A DNA stretch of 58,493 nucleotides, filler included, from Squatina squatina (Eukaryota), in the NCBI GenBank assembly GCA_031763465.1. It is 4 parts of 4 records of this genome, joined end to end, with 100 filler letters (N's around TTAATTAATTAA, not from the genome) between each part and the next. Parts side by side here need not be neighbours in the genome. Positions count along the whole stretch, not along the records: positions 17,265 to 31,055 come from JARFOE010000176.1; positions 31,156 to 43,733 come from JARFOE010000013.1; 2 more parts are not named here. One strand, given 5' to 3'. The position numbers and the translations under genes were made by a program. The notes beneath the pieces are model-generated. The model saw only the letters and a program-made list of their open reading frames with translations, was not told the origin of the DNA and ran no database searches. This document shows positions 25,502-38,544 of this stretch, one piece after another. Numbering within the stretch: position 1 is the first letter of the stretch; the number at the start of each line of letters is the position of its first letter.

Positions 25502-26897
25502 CTAGGTGATCAAAGAAAGCTCTGCGCAGAACAATAAGAAACACATGAAAAAGAAAGTTTTAAAAATCATGTTGGAAAGGAGGACTCGGCCACTGGTGTT
25601 TAATCTCAGAGTAGCCTCTATTAACCCTGTTAATAAAAGGTTGCTATTGAATTGTCTGTAATGCATTGTTACATCACTTGTCCATGACAAGATATGACAT
25701 AAATAATGAATGGCTCTTTACCCTCCCTAAAGATTTTTCAAACTGTTTAAAATAAAAACAGCCCTTTTTTAAATAACTTGCAATTTGATACAAGCATTGC
25801 AAGGATTAAATGGTAAAGCGCTGTCTGTGTATCTTTGGGATAGGTTTGATTGGATGAAAGTCAGCTGAATCTGCCAGCTGTATGATTTCTAAGTAAAATT
25901 ATTTTGGACAAGCCTGAATCTCGGTCCAAGAGGAGTTAGCTGTTAAATGCCTATTATTCGTCATCAATTAGTACAAAGTCACTGGTCTAACTCAAAGAAA
26001 CCGTAGGTTATTGATAAGTCCGATAGATGGGGCAAAATATAATACTCAATATTAGCACTGGGATCCAAAAGTAGCAAGTTCGGTTCCAATTTCCAGCACA
26101 AAAATGAAACTAGAGCTCGTTAAATTTTTGATTCCCTGATGGAAACTGAAATGATCTACCTCCACTTTCATCTCCTATTTCTCCAGAATGATGGATCAGT
26201 GAACAAAGAAATGTTATCACCAAACAATGTGGCGCACTTTTTCAGAACCTGCTGAACCTGGGTTTTCAGTGATGTGTCGTGGCAATTGGCAAGAGTTTGT
26301 CCAGACTGTATGATAAACGACTTTTCCTTTTATTTTGCTAAAAAGCATTTTATTTCATTATCAGAGCAGCTTCTCTACAAAGTAAAAACAGATGACATAT
26401 AAAGCACAGGCACAATAGCTCATTGTCCAATAGAGCCAGAATTAATAAAAAGAACTTCATGTAGCAAACAAATCTTTAATTTATAGCTGTACAAATTTCA
26501 TTATGATCTAAAGTTGCAGAGTTATGACTCAGTCATTAAATAGGTCACAGATTTGTCTGCCGCTAACGCTTTGAGTGGTCACCGCCGGGGGAACGAGAGA
26601 GAACTACAGATTTCTCACTCCAGCTTTTGATCTATAAAGAGACAGTTTGCCTGCTGTGTTTATTAGACTTCCTGGTCTCGATGTTGCCATTAAGGAGTGC
26701 TCCTGACAGTAGGTCAGACTCTTCCCTGGATGGTTACAAAGCAACACTAGATGGTACCTAGATATGAATTATTTGTTCAGGCTATTAGATTGAGAATGAT
26801 GCATGCTTGAAGAGCGCCGCATAAACCGAAAAGAAAAAATGAGATAATTATGGTTTGATTTCCCAGTTCAAAAGATTCTGATTGCAAAATTCCAACA

Positions 26898-27681
26898 TCT
26901 TCTTCTTAGGCAGTCCCTCAGGGTTGAGGATGACTTGCTTCCACTCCAGTATTGTGGGTTCTGAGGTGACTGAATAGCCTATAAGGGATCCACAAACTCT
27001 GCCACAGGTGGAGCAGATGGTGTTTGATGGGGTGAGTGGGTGGGATGCTCGGGTTTCCGCGCGCTCCTTCCGCTCCTTGTGCTTGGTCTCCACGTGCTCC
27101 CGCTGGAGAAGCTTGAAGTGATTGCCGCCTTCACGGATGCTTTTCCTCCAGTTCGGGCGGTCTTGGGCCAGGGATTTCCATAAGTCGGTGGGCATGTTAC
27201 ATTTTTTCAGGGGGGCTTTGAGGACATCCTTGAAGCATTTTCTCTGCCCTCCTGGTAATCGCATGCCGTGACAAAGCTCGGAATAGAGTGCTTGTTTCAG
27301 GAGTCTTGAGTCAGACATGCAGACAATGTGGCCCGCCCATCGCAGCTGGTTCAGAGTGACCAGTGGCTCGATGCTAATAATGTTGGCCTGAGAGAGGACG
27401 CTGACATTGGTACACCTATCCTGCCAGTGGATTTGCAGGATTTTGCGGTGACAGCGTTGGTGATACTTCTCCAGTGTTTTGAGGTGTCTACTGTACATTG
27501 TCAATGTCTCCGACGCATACAGGAGGGCGGATATCACTTCTGCCCTGTAGACCATGAGCTTCGTACTGGGTTTGAGGTCTTGATCTTCAAACACTCTTCT
27601 CCTCAGGCAACCGAAGGCTGTACTGGCACACTGGAGGCGGGGTTGGTTTTCGTCGTCGATGTCTGCCTTCGCGGAGAGGAA
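26898..27681 (-). mobile_element. RTE-clade LINE, 5'-truncated, with (AAG)n tail
   Basis: ADIDDE..RLQCASTAFGCLRRRVF, TKLMVYRA..ISALLYASET, QLRWAGHIVCMSDSRLLKQALYSEL, GGQRKCFKDVLK, AQDRPNWR, C-terminal CSTCGRVC; 3' end GGGACTGCCTAAGAAGAAGA. Confidence 0.92.
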
Positions 27682-28794
27682 GGTCTGTCTGCAGTCCCTT
27701 ACTCCCACAGCACATTCTATCTCTGCCATGATTGAAATACACAAACAAACTACTGTTTCTAGCAGTTATTGTCCAGCCATGGAAACCACTCATTGATTAG
27801 ATATGACCCATGCATTGTGGGAACGCTGTTGACCTTCCTGTTTGGAAAGTGTTAGTTATGGCATTAGGAGAATGTTTCAAGTGTATTCTTTTTTATTAAA
27901 CTGTACTATGTTTATATAAATCAGTGGGCTTTTTGTGATAATTTATAGGGCACTCATGCTGAGGAGGAAGCACATTTCCATGTTTGACTCCAGTATTGTC
28001 AGTGATCATTCTTGGGTCAGGTTCAGTGTTAATTAGATGCAAAAAGAAAATTCCTACTACTTTGCTCTTGGGATTTTTGGGAGGGTTCGTATTCCCTATT
28101 TTTCTTTCATTTTATTTGTATTGTGACTTCCTTGAGTGATGTGGCCACTTTGTATCGGGTCTGTGTGCTACCTAAGGAAAGACCTTGCATTAACGGAGCC
28201 ATAAAGCTGGCAGAGAAAAGAGACTTTTATCCAAGCTGGATTTAAACCCTGGGTCCTGAAGTAAAAGGACACCATACTAACCACCTGTCACCGAGACCCT
28301 CCTTCACTTCTCCCACGTCATTATCAAAGAACTAACATTAAAATAAATCAATCGGCTGCAAAACATCAGCTTTTAAATTAAACTAACTGGGCAGTCAATG
28401 TAAAACTTTAACTGGCTGGGGAGCTCAAGAGATGCAAGCAGGAGAGCAGAGACAACTTAAAAAACAGGATGGAAACTGCTCCTAATTGCGAAAAACTGAA
28501 AAATTTCTGAAATTCCTGGGATTTTTAAACTATAATCTCAGCAGCAATGACATAACCTTAATGAGCAAATAATGGCAAAACAAAAATCTGCATTAAGTAC
28601 ATTAAATGCACTCCATATTGATATTATGTAATCTGATCCAAATCCAGATTCAAGTAACTGTTTTGAACTTGCAATGTAATTGTTTATTAGGCCATATAAT
28701 AAAGCTTTAAAAAATATCTTCCAAATGATTTGTAATAATTTCTGCGACAAGATCAACATCCTTTATCAATCACCATCAATTTTTATGATCAATT

Positions 28795-28972
28795 ATGGGG
28801 AAGTTACTGGAATCTATCATCAGAGACAGTGACTGAGCACTTGGACAGGGATCAGTTGATCAGCATGGATTGGTGAAGGAGACGTAGTCATGTATGACGA
28901 ATATTCTGAGGAGATCACAAGCATGGCAGATAGGGAGTGTCTATGGATGTTGTTTAGATGGACATCAGAAGC
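28795..28972 (+). mobile_element. CR1 RT fragment
   Basis: Degenerate GKLLESIIRD...QHGLVK...D..Y.D.Q.A segment. Confidence 0.65.
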
Positions 28973-29654
28973 NNNNNNNNNNNNNNNNNNNNNNNNNNNN
29001 NNNNNNNNNNNNNNNNNNNNNNNNNNNNNNNNNNNNNNNNNNNNNNNNNNNNNNNNNNNNNNNNNNNNNNNNGAAAATCTATTTAATTCACACAGCTAAA
29101 TGACAACAGCTGAAATTCTCTCCATTACCAGCTTCAGTCCAGATTTCTGTTTTCAAATATTGCCCCAAGGAATGATTCTGCAATGCTGATCTCTGGGAAG
29201 ATACTGCCAGAGTCAGCTTCTTATGCTTTGCTTATTCGTTTGATTTTTCTCACAAGCTTTGTAAATTGGTTCATTAAAAATGTAAAGAAAACACCATCTG
29301 TTTGGCAGAATTCAGGCTTGCCATGAACAAGGTTTTGTCATAGAATCATAGAAATTTACAGCGCGGAAGGAGGCCAGATAGATAACAGACAAATAATACG
29401 TACAGATGGTCTAACCAAGTTAAACCGGTGATATTTTATATCTGTAACAGTAAAATATTGTGGAGCCTGTGTTTAAAATGTCTTTTTTCTCTAATTCCTT
29501 GCAACAAATCTAATATTAAAGGTCAAAGGCGATGACTCTGAAAGAATGCTACTGCAGTTACTTAAATATTGTGCACTCTCTTGTTACCTGATGGTTACCT
29601 GCTCTGGCCTTGAAATTTGTCATCTCCTAGCATGCTGCTTGTCATATTTTTATT

Positions 29655-29822
29655 TTCTAAGCACCCTTTTACCACATCCATAAAAATAGATTCTAGCATT
29701 TTCCCTATTACTGATGTCAGGCTAACTGGTCTGTAGCTTTTGGTTTTCTCTCTCCCTTCTTTCTTAAATTGCGGGGTTACAATTGCTACTGTCCAATCTG
29801 TGGGAATCTTTCTAGAAACTAT
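29655..29822 (-). mobile_element. CR1 RT fragment
   Basis: Minus strand IPTDWTVAIVTPQFKKEGREK..SYRPVSLTSVIGKMLESI. Confidence 0.8.
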
Positions 29823-31055
29823 NNNNNNNNNNNNNNNNNNNNNNNNNNNNNNNNNNNNNNNNNNNNNNNNNNNNNNNNNNNNNNNNNNNNNNNNNNNNNN
29901 NNNNNNNNNNNNNNNNNNNNNNTATTTTGTTACTTACCTGATTTTGTAAGTAATGAGTTTGATTTGTTGTTTTAGCCTGTCGAACCTCTGCCCTGTGTGC
30001 AATATCTATTTGAAAAGACTAAAGATACCTGTGCAAATTCTAATCTGCAATTTATCACAATTCAGATAATTATTGATCCCTAAATCCATTCACTCTGCAG
30101 GGCAGGGAATGAAAAGATGTGGTTTTCAGATTATAAGAAACACAGTCTGCTTGTAGAAACTCATCACGCTGTTTAATTAGAAAGTGGTGCCAAAAAAAAA
30201 CAAATCCTCACAAATTGACAACTGAGAACCGTAGCAGTTCTGTATAGAATGGTGTAACAATGGGAGTGGCACAAGGGTTCCGCTGGCTGCAGCACCAACC
30301 CTGCCTTCTGTGAGATGATAGGTCACAGGATCAAGTCAAGTGATTTGCCCATCTCTGTGTGTCATCACGAGGAGAGCAGCACAGAGAGGAGGCGAGGATC
30401 ACCCATGGGTGGGTAAGAGGGTGAAGCAGAACTAGAGTCCCCCCGGGACTGCTGTGACTAACCAGCCAGCAGCTAGTTACAGAGCAGCAGAGAGCGGTAG
30501 AAGACGGGAAGTGGTGAAGGCATTTCACTAATCAAGCAAAAACAAAGATGGCAATAGAAGATGTTAACTAAGGGAAGAGGTACAATATGGTACTTAAATT
30601 GGATTGGCAGTCCGATAACACACACGGGACTGGCAGAAACTTTGCAATATGTTATAATCTTCCCCTCAGTACAGCATTCTATTACTAGACTTTAAAAAAT
30701 GCATGTTGTGAGGAACAGCAGAAAGAGAAGTGGCTGGAGTGAAGTGACGGTGAATGTTTCCTCCAATTTTTTTTCAATTGACAAAGGGTAGTGAAGACAA
30801 ACTGAGATTCAGTGAAAATGAAGGGGCACACAAGGAATCAGTGGCCTGAAAATCGGATAGTTCCGGAATCGGGGCATTACCCTGGTTCAGGGCACACTGC
30901 GCACGCATAACGAGGCCATTGGCAGGACCACGGGAAATTGGTCCTCTGGCCTCATTAGGATAATACTACCATGATGTGAGCACCAGTCATGGTCCCAGAG
31001 GGATCTTGCCATTGAAAGTGGGAGGGGGCGGAGGGAAGCAAAATCAGCCGGTTGG

Positions 31056-31155
31056 NNNNNNNNNNNNNNNNNNNNNNNNNNNNNNNNNNNNNNNNNNNNT
31101 TAATTAATTAANNNNNNNNNNNNNNNNNNNNNNNNNNNNNNNNNNNNNNNNNNNN
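31056..31155. other. Artificial scaffold spacer
   Basis: 44 N + TTAATTAATTAA (31100-31111) + 44 N. Confidence 0.95.
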
Positions 31156-32758
31156 CATTCTTGAACCCGTAAATCCCTCTGCTCTTCCACAGGTCCAAGC
31201 TTCTCCCCGTTTAGAAAATACTCTGCCCTATCTTTCTTAGGTCCAAAGTGGAGGAGCTCACACTTCCCCATATTGAACATGTGGAAACATCTTCTCTACG
31301 TCGACCCTATCAAGCCCTTTCAGAATCCTGAAGACTTCATTCTTCTGAGGCAAATCCAAATACTTATTTCAAACAGACAATTTTTATACATTCCTCTCAC
31401 TCCCTCCACATGACAATTCTGAAATACATAATTATACAAAGGTTAGAATACAAGTCCATATAAAAGAGAATTTAATTGACTCACTAGCTTTAGTGTTAAC
31501 AAGTTATTTTCGATAGACTCCCCTACTTTGTTATCTTTTCAATAGTTTCACTCTTGTTACATAGAATTGCTATTCCACCAAGTGAAACTTTTAATTACAA
31601 GTCTGGCTTTGATTCTGTACCGTTTCGCACCAATCTCGTACTTCTAAAAAGAATGATTTACACTCAGCGATGTTTACCTAACTGTTTTTCCTGCACTTAT
31701 CAATTTATTAAAATTCTCTGAAATATATACATAAGTATACACTTGAATGTATTTTAATTAGAATTAAAGTGACTAAACTGACCATTACTTTAAGGTCAGT
31801 CTTCGTTCAACAGTTCAGTGGTCACTGCATCTAACTTGACTTATACTTCCTCACTTACTAGGCAAAGGCTAAAGGTTAATATTGCTACAATATAAACAAG
31901 TATCAATGGCAGTATAACATTCGCGGACTTCAGGACAGTCTGATTAGCTCTTTCCTTACGCGACCTTTGAAAATGTATCGGGAGATTTCTGAAAGTTGAC
32001 ACAAACTTATTGTACAAATCACTTTGTTTCCAGGCTTTCCTGTGGGCAGTATGTTTACTGCTTGATGTTTCAAAATAATTAATTTGACAGTAACAGCTAC
32101 TGCCCAAATGATTTTCCTATTGGCATTAACCTTGGTGAGAATCACTGAAGGCATAATAGGGTAAATGGAGCAAGCGAGTAGTATTATTGGTACACCTTCT
32201 GATTTCATTTATTGAATGCTCGGAGACAAGGCCAACTAGAAGGTTGCCAAAACTCTAGACTGCAAATTTAAAAAATACATATTTTTTTTGTTTCTTAGAT
32301 ATGCCTAGAGTCCGATTTTCAACGGATAATATTTCAGCCATGTTGGCAGAAGGAGGGTGCAATAGTAATTTTTGGTTTTTGGAACCTGATCTCACTACAC
32401 CACTCTGGATTTTTGTTACCAGTGTACCAAAGGCATTGGTTATGTTCCTAAACTGACCAGCAGCTAGTCAATTTCTGTATTTTAATCTGGTCATTACGAC
32501 TAGTTGATATGAAATAAGCATAATGATGAGTCATTGAATTAATTGCTGGTGGCAACATTATTGCCCACCTGAAGGAAAATGCAGACCATAAGTTTTTTAA
32601 AATGAGCCAAAAGAACATCACTCTACATATATGTCTTCAGTTTTGAAATCTTTAGGCTACAATTTTGACAGTGGAGCCTTAATGATTACAAGAAGAATAT
32701 TTCAGCATCTCTATTTTTAGTAATTGTGCTGCTCTATACCCATCCTGATCCCTGCTAG

Positions 32759-32866
32759 TTCGGGGCAGCCGTATCCCTCGACCAAGTGTGAGTCAGGGCT
32801 GCAGCAGGGATGCGAGCCGTGAAAGCAGCAGGGACACCAGTCCTGTTCGATCCTTTACTCCACTTG
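32759..32866 (+). CDS. CLASP2: CLIP-associating protein 2, SxIP (EB-binding) exon
   Basis: tgctag|TT CGG GGC AGC CGT ATC CCT...CCA CTT G|gtaagt; 108 bp, phase 1-1; [35 protein letters not shown]. Too short for the ORF track. Confidence 0.93.
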
Positions 32867-33989
32867 GTAAGTAAACGGAGTCCTTATTAATGCATGGCTA
32901 CCCATTTCTCTTCCATTGCCATCCAGCTATTGGTTCTGTTTGGCTGCAGTGTCCTTTTCCATTTAGTATCCACTGTAGAGTACCCTCTTTTTATTCACTT
33001 CAAGTAGATTAACCTGCAACATTGAACATCTTAACTACTTTATGACTGTGCATCAAGATAGTTTCATTGCATTTGCTTTGGGGAATTTAGTATATGCTTG
33101 TTGAAATTCAACTTAAGTGTCTTCCAGCCAAGAATTCCTCCATTATTTGTACATATTTTTTTGTCAGATAGTTGGCAGCCTGCAATGCTCGTCAGTTTAA
33201 TTTAACAGCCGCTATACTGAAAATCTTTCCAATTTTAAAAGTATAGCCTGTAAGTTTTCAATGCTGAATGTTATGAAGCAGAAAGTGGAGAAATGTATAA
33301 AATGAGAAATGTTACCACTGTTTAATTGCATAAATCTAATCATCGAAGAATTGACTTTTACTGACTCCAAAAATTGAAAGCTTGTGTATTTACAAGGAGC
33401 TTGTCAGTTTCTTGAGATCAGTGAACAAGAGCACCTCCATTCATTCCCTTTGAGTTGATTTTTAAAAAGGAAGCACATTGAGCTGCTACTTCTGTCATGG
33501 CTATTGTGCAGTAGAAGGTTTTTTTTCAAGTGTTACATTTGTCAGCAACCGGCAAAAGTTATGTTCAATTTCACGTTCAAGCAACCCTACTGGTATTTGT
33601 TGTTTTTCATTTAGTGTGAAATTGAATCATCAGATGCAATTCCAGATGAACTTATTTGCATTTACAAACCACCTGTTAATGTTTAAAACTGACATAAATC
33701 TGTTTTAGCCGAGTTAAACCTAAACAAAATGGCTTAATACCTTTTTTAATGTGCACGTTTTACTTTGAATGGTAAAGTGCATCACAATAGGTACTCTTAG
33801 TGGGCCAGAATTTACTGTGAGCGGCGATGCCATTCGTTAGACTTGTCTTTGCCCATATACTTCCCTTGCTTTTTTTGCGTTTTTGCGCTGGAAGTTACTG
33901 CAAGTTAGAGAGCTAAACAGCACAGCGCCCTCTACACGAGATTTGGAACCTGTGTTAACAGGGCAAGCAACTGTACATCTCCTTAACCA

Positions 33990-34423
33990 ATCAAACAAGA
34001 ACTTGCATTTATATTGTGCCTTTAACATACTAAAGTGTTGCAAAGCGCATCACAGGAGCAATTATCAAACAAAGTTGGAGACTAAGCCACAACAAGAGCG
34101 ATTAGGACATTTTCGGAGTGTCTTGAAGGAGTGTGAAGTAGACAGGTGGAGAGTTTTAGGGAGGGAATTCTGGAGCTTGGAGCCAAGGCAGCTGCCAATG
34201 GTGGAGGCGTGAAAATGCGCAAGGGGCCAGAATTGGAGGAGTGCACATATCTGAGGGTTATTAGGCTGGAGATGGTTACAGGGATCGGGAGGGGCGAGGT
34301 CAAGGAGGGATTTGTAAACAACTATGAGAACACTAAAATCTAAGTGTTGCCAGACCAGGCGGGAGCCAATCTAAGTGAGCGAGTACAGGGGTGATGGGTG
34401 AACGGGACTTAGTGCGAGTTAAG
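33990..34423 (-). mobile_element. L2-type LINE 3' end
   Basis: Reverse complement of the L2 tail (ACAAGAACTTGCATTTATATTGTGCCTTTAAC) and body shared with 41212-41600. Confidence 0.8.
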
Positions 34424-34639
34424 NNNNNNNNNNNNNNNNNNNNNNNNNNNNNNNNNNNNNNNNNNNNNNNNNNNNNNNNNNNNNNNNNNNNNNNNNNNNN
34501 NNNNNNNNNNNNNNNNNNNNNNNCAAGTATGATCTGTCTATCTCTCCGCCTATTTCTTTATCTCGTATCGCTCTATCTCTTATTTTTCTCTCTCTATCTA
34601 TCTCTCTCTCTAGCTTTTTCTTTACACAACCTTGCACTT

Positions 34640-35140
34640 GGAATCATAGAAATTACAGCACAGAAGATGGTCATTTTAGCCCATCATAAAAATTACAGCA
34701 AAGAGGGAGGTCATTCTGGCCGATTACACTTGTTAACTGAAGCTATCACCTGTAATTCAAATTCCACAGATCTTTTGTTCTTATCCAATTCTTGTTAAAT
34801 GTTATTGCAGTTTTTTCTACGTAAGTCACCACGTGTTGTAAATACTATATAATACTATATTCTGATAACCGACTATGTGAAAATATTTCTTCGAACTTCC
34901 CTCTTTGTTCTTATAATAGTCTTCAGTTTATGCCCCTTATTATGAATCCATCCAATAGAAACAATCTTTCACGATTTACCTTACAAAACCAGTGTCTGGC
35001 ACACATTCAACATCACTCACTTGCTTTAATAGTCACTGCCCTGTGTGTATAAAACCCAAAGTCCCATTGCCTTATTAATGGCCTTTTCTGTGTGCAGTTC
35101 TACTTGTCAAGATCTCTGTAAATATACCCTTGGTCTCTGC
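34640..35140 (-). mobile_element. Degenerate CR1 3' fragment
   Basis: GAATCATAGAAATTACAGCACAGAAG..GGTCATT tail followed by decayed CR1 sequence. Confidence 0.55.
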
Positions 35141-35567
35141 TCCTCTATTAGAGTATTCACACTGGGCAGAGATGGGAGTCACCCCACATTTATTGAAAAT
35201 AATTGAAATGGAACTAACATCTGAGAAAACAAAGGTAAAAAATATAGCTTTTGCAGAGGTTACTGATGGTCACCATGCACAGCATTTTTTAAAAGAACTC
35301 TCTGCAGAATAAATATCATTTAATATAACACTGTCCTGTGTAAACTGATAGGATAGGCAGAAACCTTTTTTGTTTTTTCTGTTTGATATCTTGACTTGCA
35401 TCATTTATTTGTATCACAAGCCATTATGCATGTGACTTCTGTTTGAACATTTTTTTCAGTGATCCTAACTGGTGCCCCATTTCATATTTTCAAAAAGATT
35501 CTTCAGAAACATCATATTATTGATCAGTGCTTAAAGTTGATTTTGTTTCTTGCTGATAAAATAGCAG

Positions 35568-35677
35568 GGTCGGATCGCTATGGGTTTAATCAGTCCAGTA
35601 GATTGTCTGCATCGGTGAGTGCCATGCGAGTTCTCAACACAGGATCTGATGTAGAGGAAGCTGTTGCCGATGCTTTG
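35568..35677 (+). CDS. CLASP2: CLASP2 internal exon
   Basis: atagcag|GG TCG GAT...GCT TTG|gtacgt; 110 bp; (G)SDRYGFNQSSRLSASVSAMRVLNTGSDVEEAVADAL. In phase with exon 32759-32866; SAMRVLNTGSDVEEAVADAL matches recalled CLASP2 rather than CLASP1. Confidence 0.93.
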
Positions 35678-36687
35678 GTACGTACTGCTAAGTTGTATGG
35701 TCATATATTTGCGATTAATCATTTGAATTCTGATGAGTGTCTTTTAAAAGCCTATTGTTGTGATACAAAATGTTATGTCATTATTTATTCTCCACATCCT
35801 ATAGAACAGCTCAATTATTGTATTGAGAAAATCACAGGAACGGTATTCTTTGTGGAGCTTCTAACATCAGTCGTTTGAATTGCCCAATCCTGACTCTGCT
35901 GTGTATTAGCTTAAATCCATGATTGCTCCCTCGGTTCTTTTCTCCTATCAGCAACAGCTTGCAATGTATAAGCTTCACTCCATAAGTGGTTACTCCCCTT
36001 GCTCCTCATCTGCAGAGCTGTTACCAGATGCTTATCATAACAAACTGGGAAAAACTAACTGTCCAGTATATTAATCGTTTCCTTTGCGGATTCCTCCAGT
36101 ATTAATTTTGTTGTGACTGNNNNNNNNNNNNNNNNNNNNNNNNNNNNNNNNNNNNNNNNNNNNNNNNNNNNNNNNNNNNNNNNNNNNNNNNNNNNNNNNN
36201 NNNNNNNNNNNNNNNNNNNGCAGTTGTAGAGCACACAAAGCCCATGCATGTGAAACTACCTACCAGACGTGGTCTCACACCTGCATGGCTTCAATGCGAG
36301 AGTCAGATTACCAACCTGACTCCGGACTGACTTTGCCACTGTTATGGCGATGCTCATGCAAATCCACTTTGCATAGTGGTTATATAACAAACGCAAATAA
36401 GAGACACAATTTCAGATTTACCGTGTCTTTTTGAATTGGAAAACAAATTTTTTTAGCATCAAGTAAAATGGTAAAGCTTTCTAGATATTGCAGTTGCATG
36501 AAAATTTGAGGGTCATAAAATTAAAGAATCCAGAAAATAATTTTATACATTACATAATACACATGCAAATTTGCCTAGAGTTTTCTGCTTGGCTGCAAAA
36601 ATTGGCATCGAGTGAATTCATTGTAATTATTACTGAAGTATAAAGCATGCTGCAAGATCATGATTCTTTATATGTCCATATTTTCAG

Positions 36688-36851
36688 GTTTTCAGTATGT
36701 TTTTGGAAACACTGGTTGACTTCATTCATGTCCATAAGGAAGACCTTCAAGACTGGTTGTTTGTTTTACTGACTCAACTACTGAAGAAAATGGGTGCTGA
36801 TTTGCTTGGTTCTGTGCAAGCAAAAGTTCAGAAGGCACTTGATGTCACAAG
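36688..36851 (+). CDS. CLASP2: CLASP2 internal exon (TOG3 region)
   Basis: ttttcag|GTT TTC AGT...ACA AG|gtaatg; 164 bp; VFSMFLETLVDFIHVHKEDLQDWLFVLLTQLLKKMGADLLGSVQAKVQKALDVTR. Confidence 0.95.
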
Positions 36852-37184
36852 GTAATGTGTTCTTAAATAACAAATTCCGAAGTCAACACTACTTCAGGGC
36901 AAAACAGAAAGGACAATACACAGGACAAATCACAACATAGAAAATTTCATAAGAAGTCACTGACCTGCGCGAGATAGTTTGACCTTGGCTTCTGCCTTGG
37001 ATGGTCTTGCAAGCGTTCGATCCTCCTGGGCAACACTCGCTCGCTCACTAACTGCTGGAATAAGGTTCAGAATGTTATTATTCACATAAAGATGCTGTGT
37101 CAGTGCCGATCCTTGTAATTATATAGCTCCTGCTCATTTACTCCATGATAGCGTATTTCTGACTAAGCCAAAATGATTCACACA

Positions 37185-37460
37185 CCAACAACAGCTTACA
37201 TTTATATAGCGTCTTTAACATAGTAAAATGTCCCTTCACAGGAGCGCTATCAGGTAAAATTTGACACCGAGCCACATAAGGAGATATTAGGTTAGTGACC
37301 AAAAAGCTTAGTCAAAGAGGTAGGTTTTAATGAGCGTCTTAAAGGAGGAGTGAGAGGTAGAGAAGATAAGGAAGGGCATTTTAGAGCTTAGGGCCAAGAC
37401 AGCTAAAGACACAGCTGCTAATGGAGGGGCGAAGAAAATTGGAGATCAACAAAGCCACAT
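37185..37460 (-). mobile_element. L2-type LINE 3' end
   Basis: CAACAACAGCTTACATTTATATAGCGTCTTTAAC..TTGACACCGAGCCACATAAGGAGATATTAGG, reverse complement of the L2 tail at 41460-41600. Confidence 0.8.
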
Positions 37461-38400
37461 GTCCATCGAAACGTGGCAGAGCTCAGTTTTGGCTTGATTT
37501 GAATATGCTATTAAAGTGAGGCTCTCTTACGTTTACTCTCTGAGGAGAGTACTCTATGGAAGCCTTCAGTCCTGTGAAATCAATCCCCACCCAATTTGCC
37601 AGTTCCCCTCATTTTGTAACCACAAATTCCACTCCTAAATGAACACACAATTAGGTTGTATTAGAAGGATTTCCTGTGTCAGGTCTGTTTGGGCTTTCTG
37701 CCGACTGCTTCTGTTTGTGCCATGTTGTAGTATGCCATGCATGGTCAGCACTCAGTGGGTTCTTTCCTAACAGAATTACACAAGATAAATGTATATGAAT
37801 GCTTAGAATGCAGCATCACAAAATAAATTATAGGTACATTTTATGTCATGTATGCTTGAGGCAGGTACGTTACCTTAGCAGCTTTCTTCATCTCATCAAT
37901 CACCAACTCCACCTATTTCCATCTGATTAACAATGCATGTCTCCANNNNNNNNNNNNNNNNNNNNNNNNNNNNNNNNNNNNNNNNNNNNNNNNNNNNNNN
38001 NNNNNNNNNNNNNNNNNNNNNNNNNNNNNNNNNNNNNNNNNNNNNTTAATGATTTGTGTATTTGTACACCGAGATCCCTTTATTCCTCTACCCCACCTAG
38101 ACTCGCACTCTCCGAGTAATAAGTGACCTCCCTATTCTACCGACCAAAATGTAATACCTCGCATTTATCTCAGCACTGATCCTTGTGGAGCACCACTACC
38201 CACCGTATGCCACTGTGAATAGTTACCTTTTACCTCTACTCTCTGCTTTTTCAAACAAAAAGATATTTAAATGAGTGTTAGAGAGATATGTGAAACTGGA
38301 GTAACACTGCACCATTTATTTTTTTGAAGTTGTAGGTATGATAATGGGTGGAATTATTTTTTCCCCTTGACATCTCTATGCACTGTTTTTCTTCTTTTAG

Positions 38401-38544
38401 GCAGCTCAAGCAGTTTTGATATGCCTGTTTCAACTCAACACTCCAGAGTTCAGCATGCTACTTGGAGCTCTACCCAAAACATTCCAGGATGGAGCCACCA
38501 AACTTCTTCAAACCCACCTTCGTAGTTTAGGCAGCACTACCCAG
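38401..38544 (+). CDS. CLASP2: CLASP2 internal exon
   Basis: cttcttttag|GCA GCT CAA...ACC CAG|gtattt; 144 bp; AAQAVLICLFQLNTPEFSMLLGALPKTFQDGATKLLQTHLRSLGSTTQ. Confidence 0.95.

Noticed and set aside
33546-33592. Possible extra CLASP2 cassette exon (cag...ctg|gtattt)
   Set aside because: 47 nt would break the frame between two phase-1 junctions, and the peptide does not resemble CLASP2.
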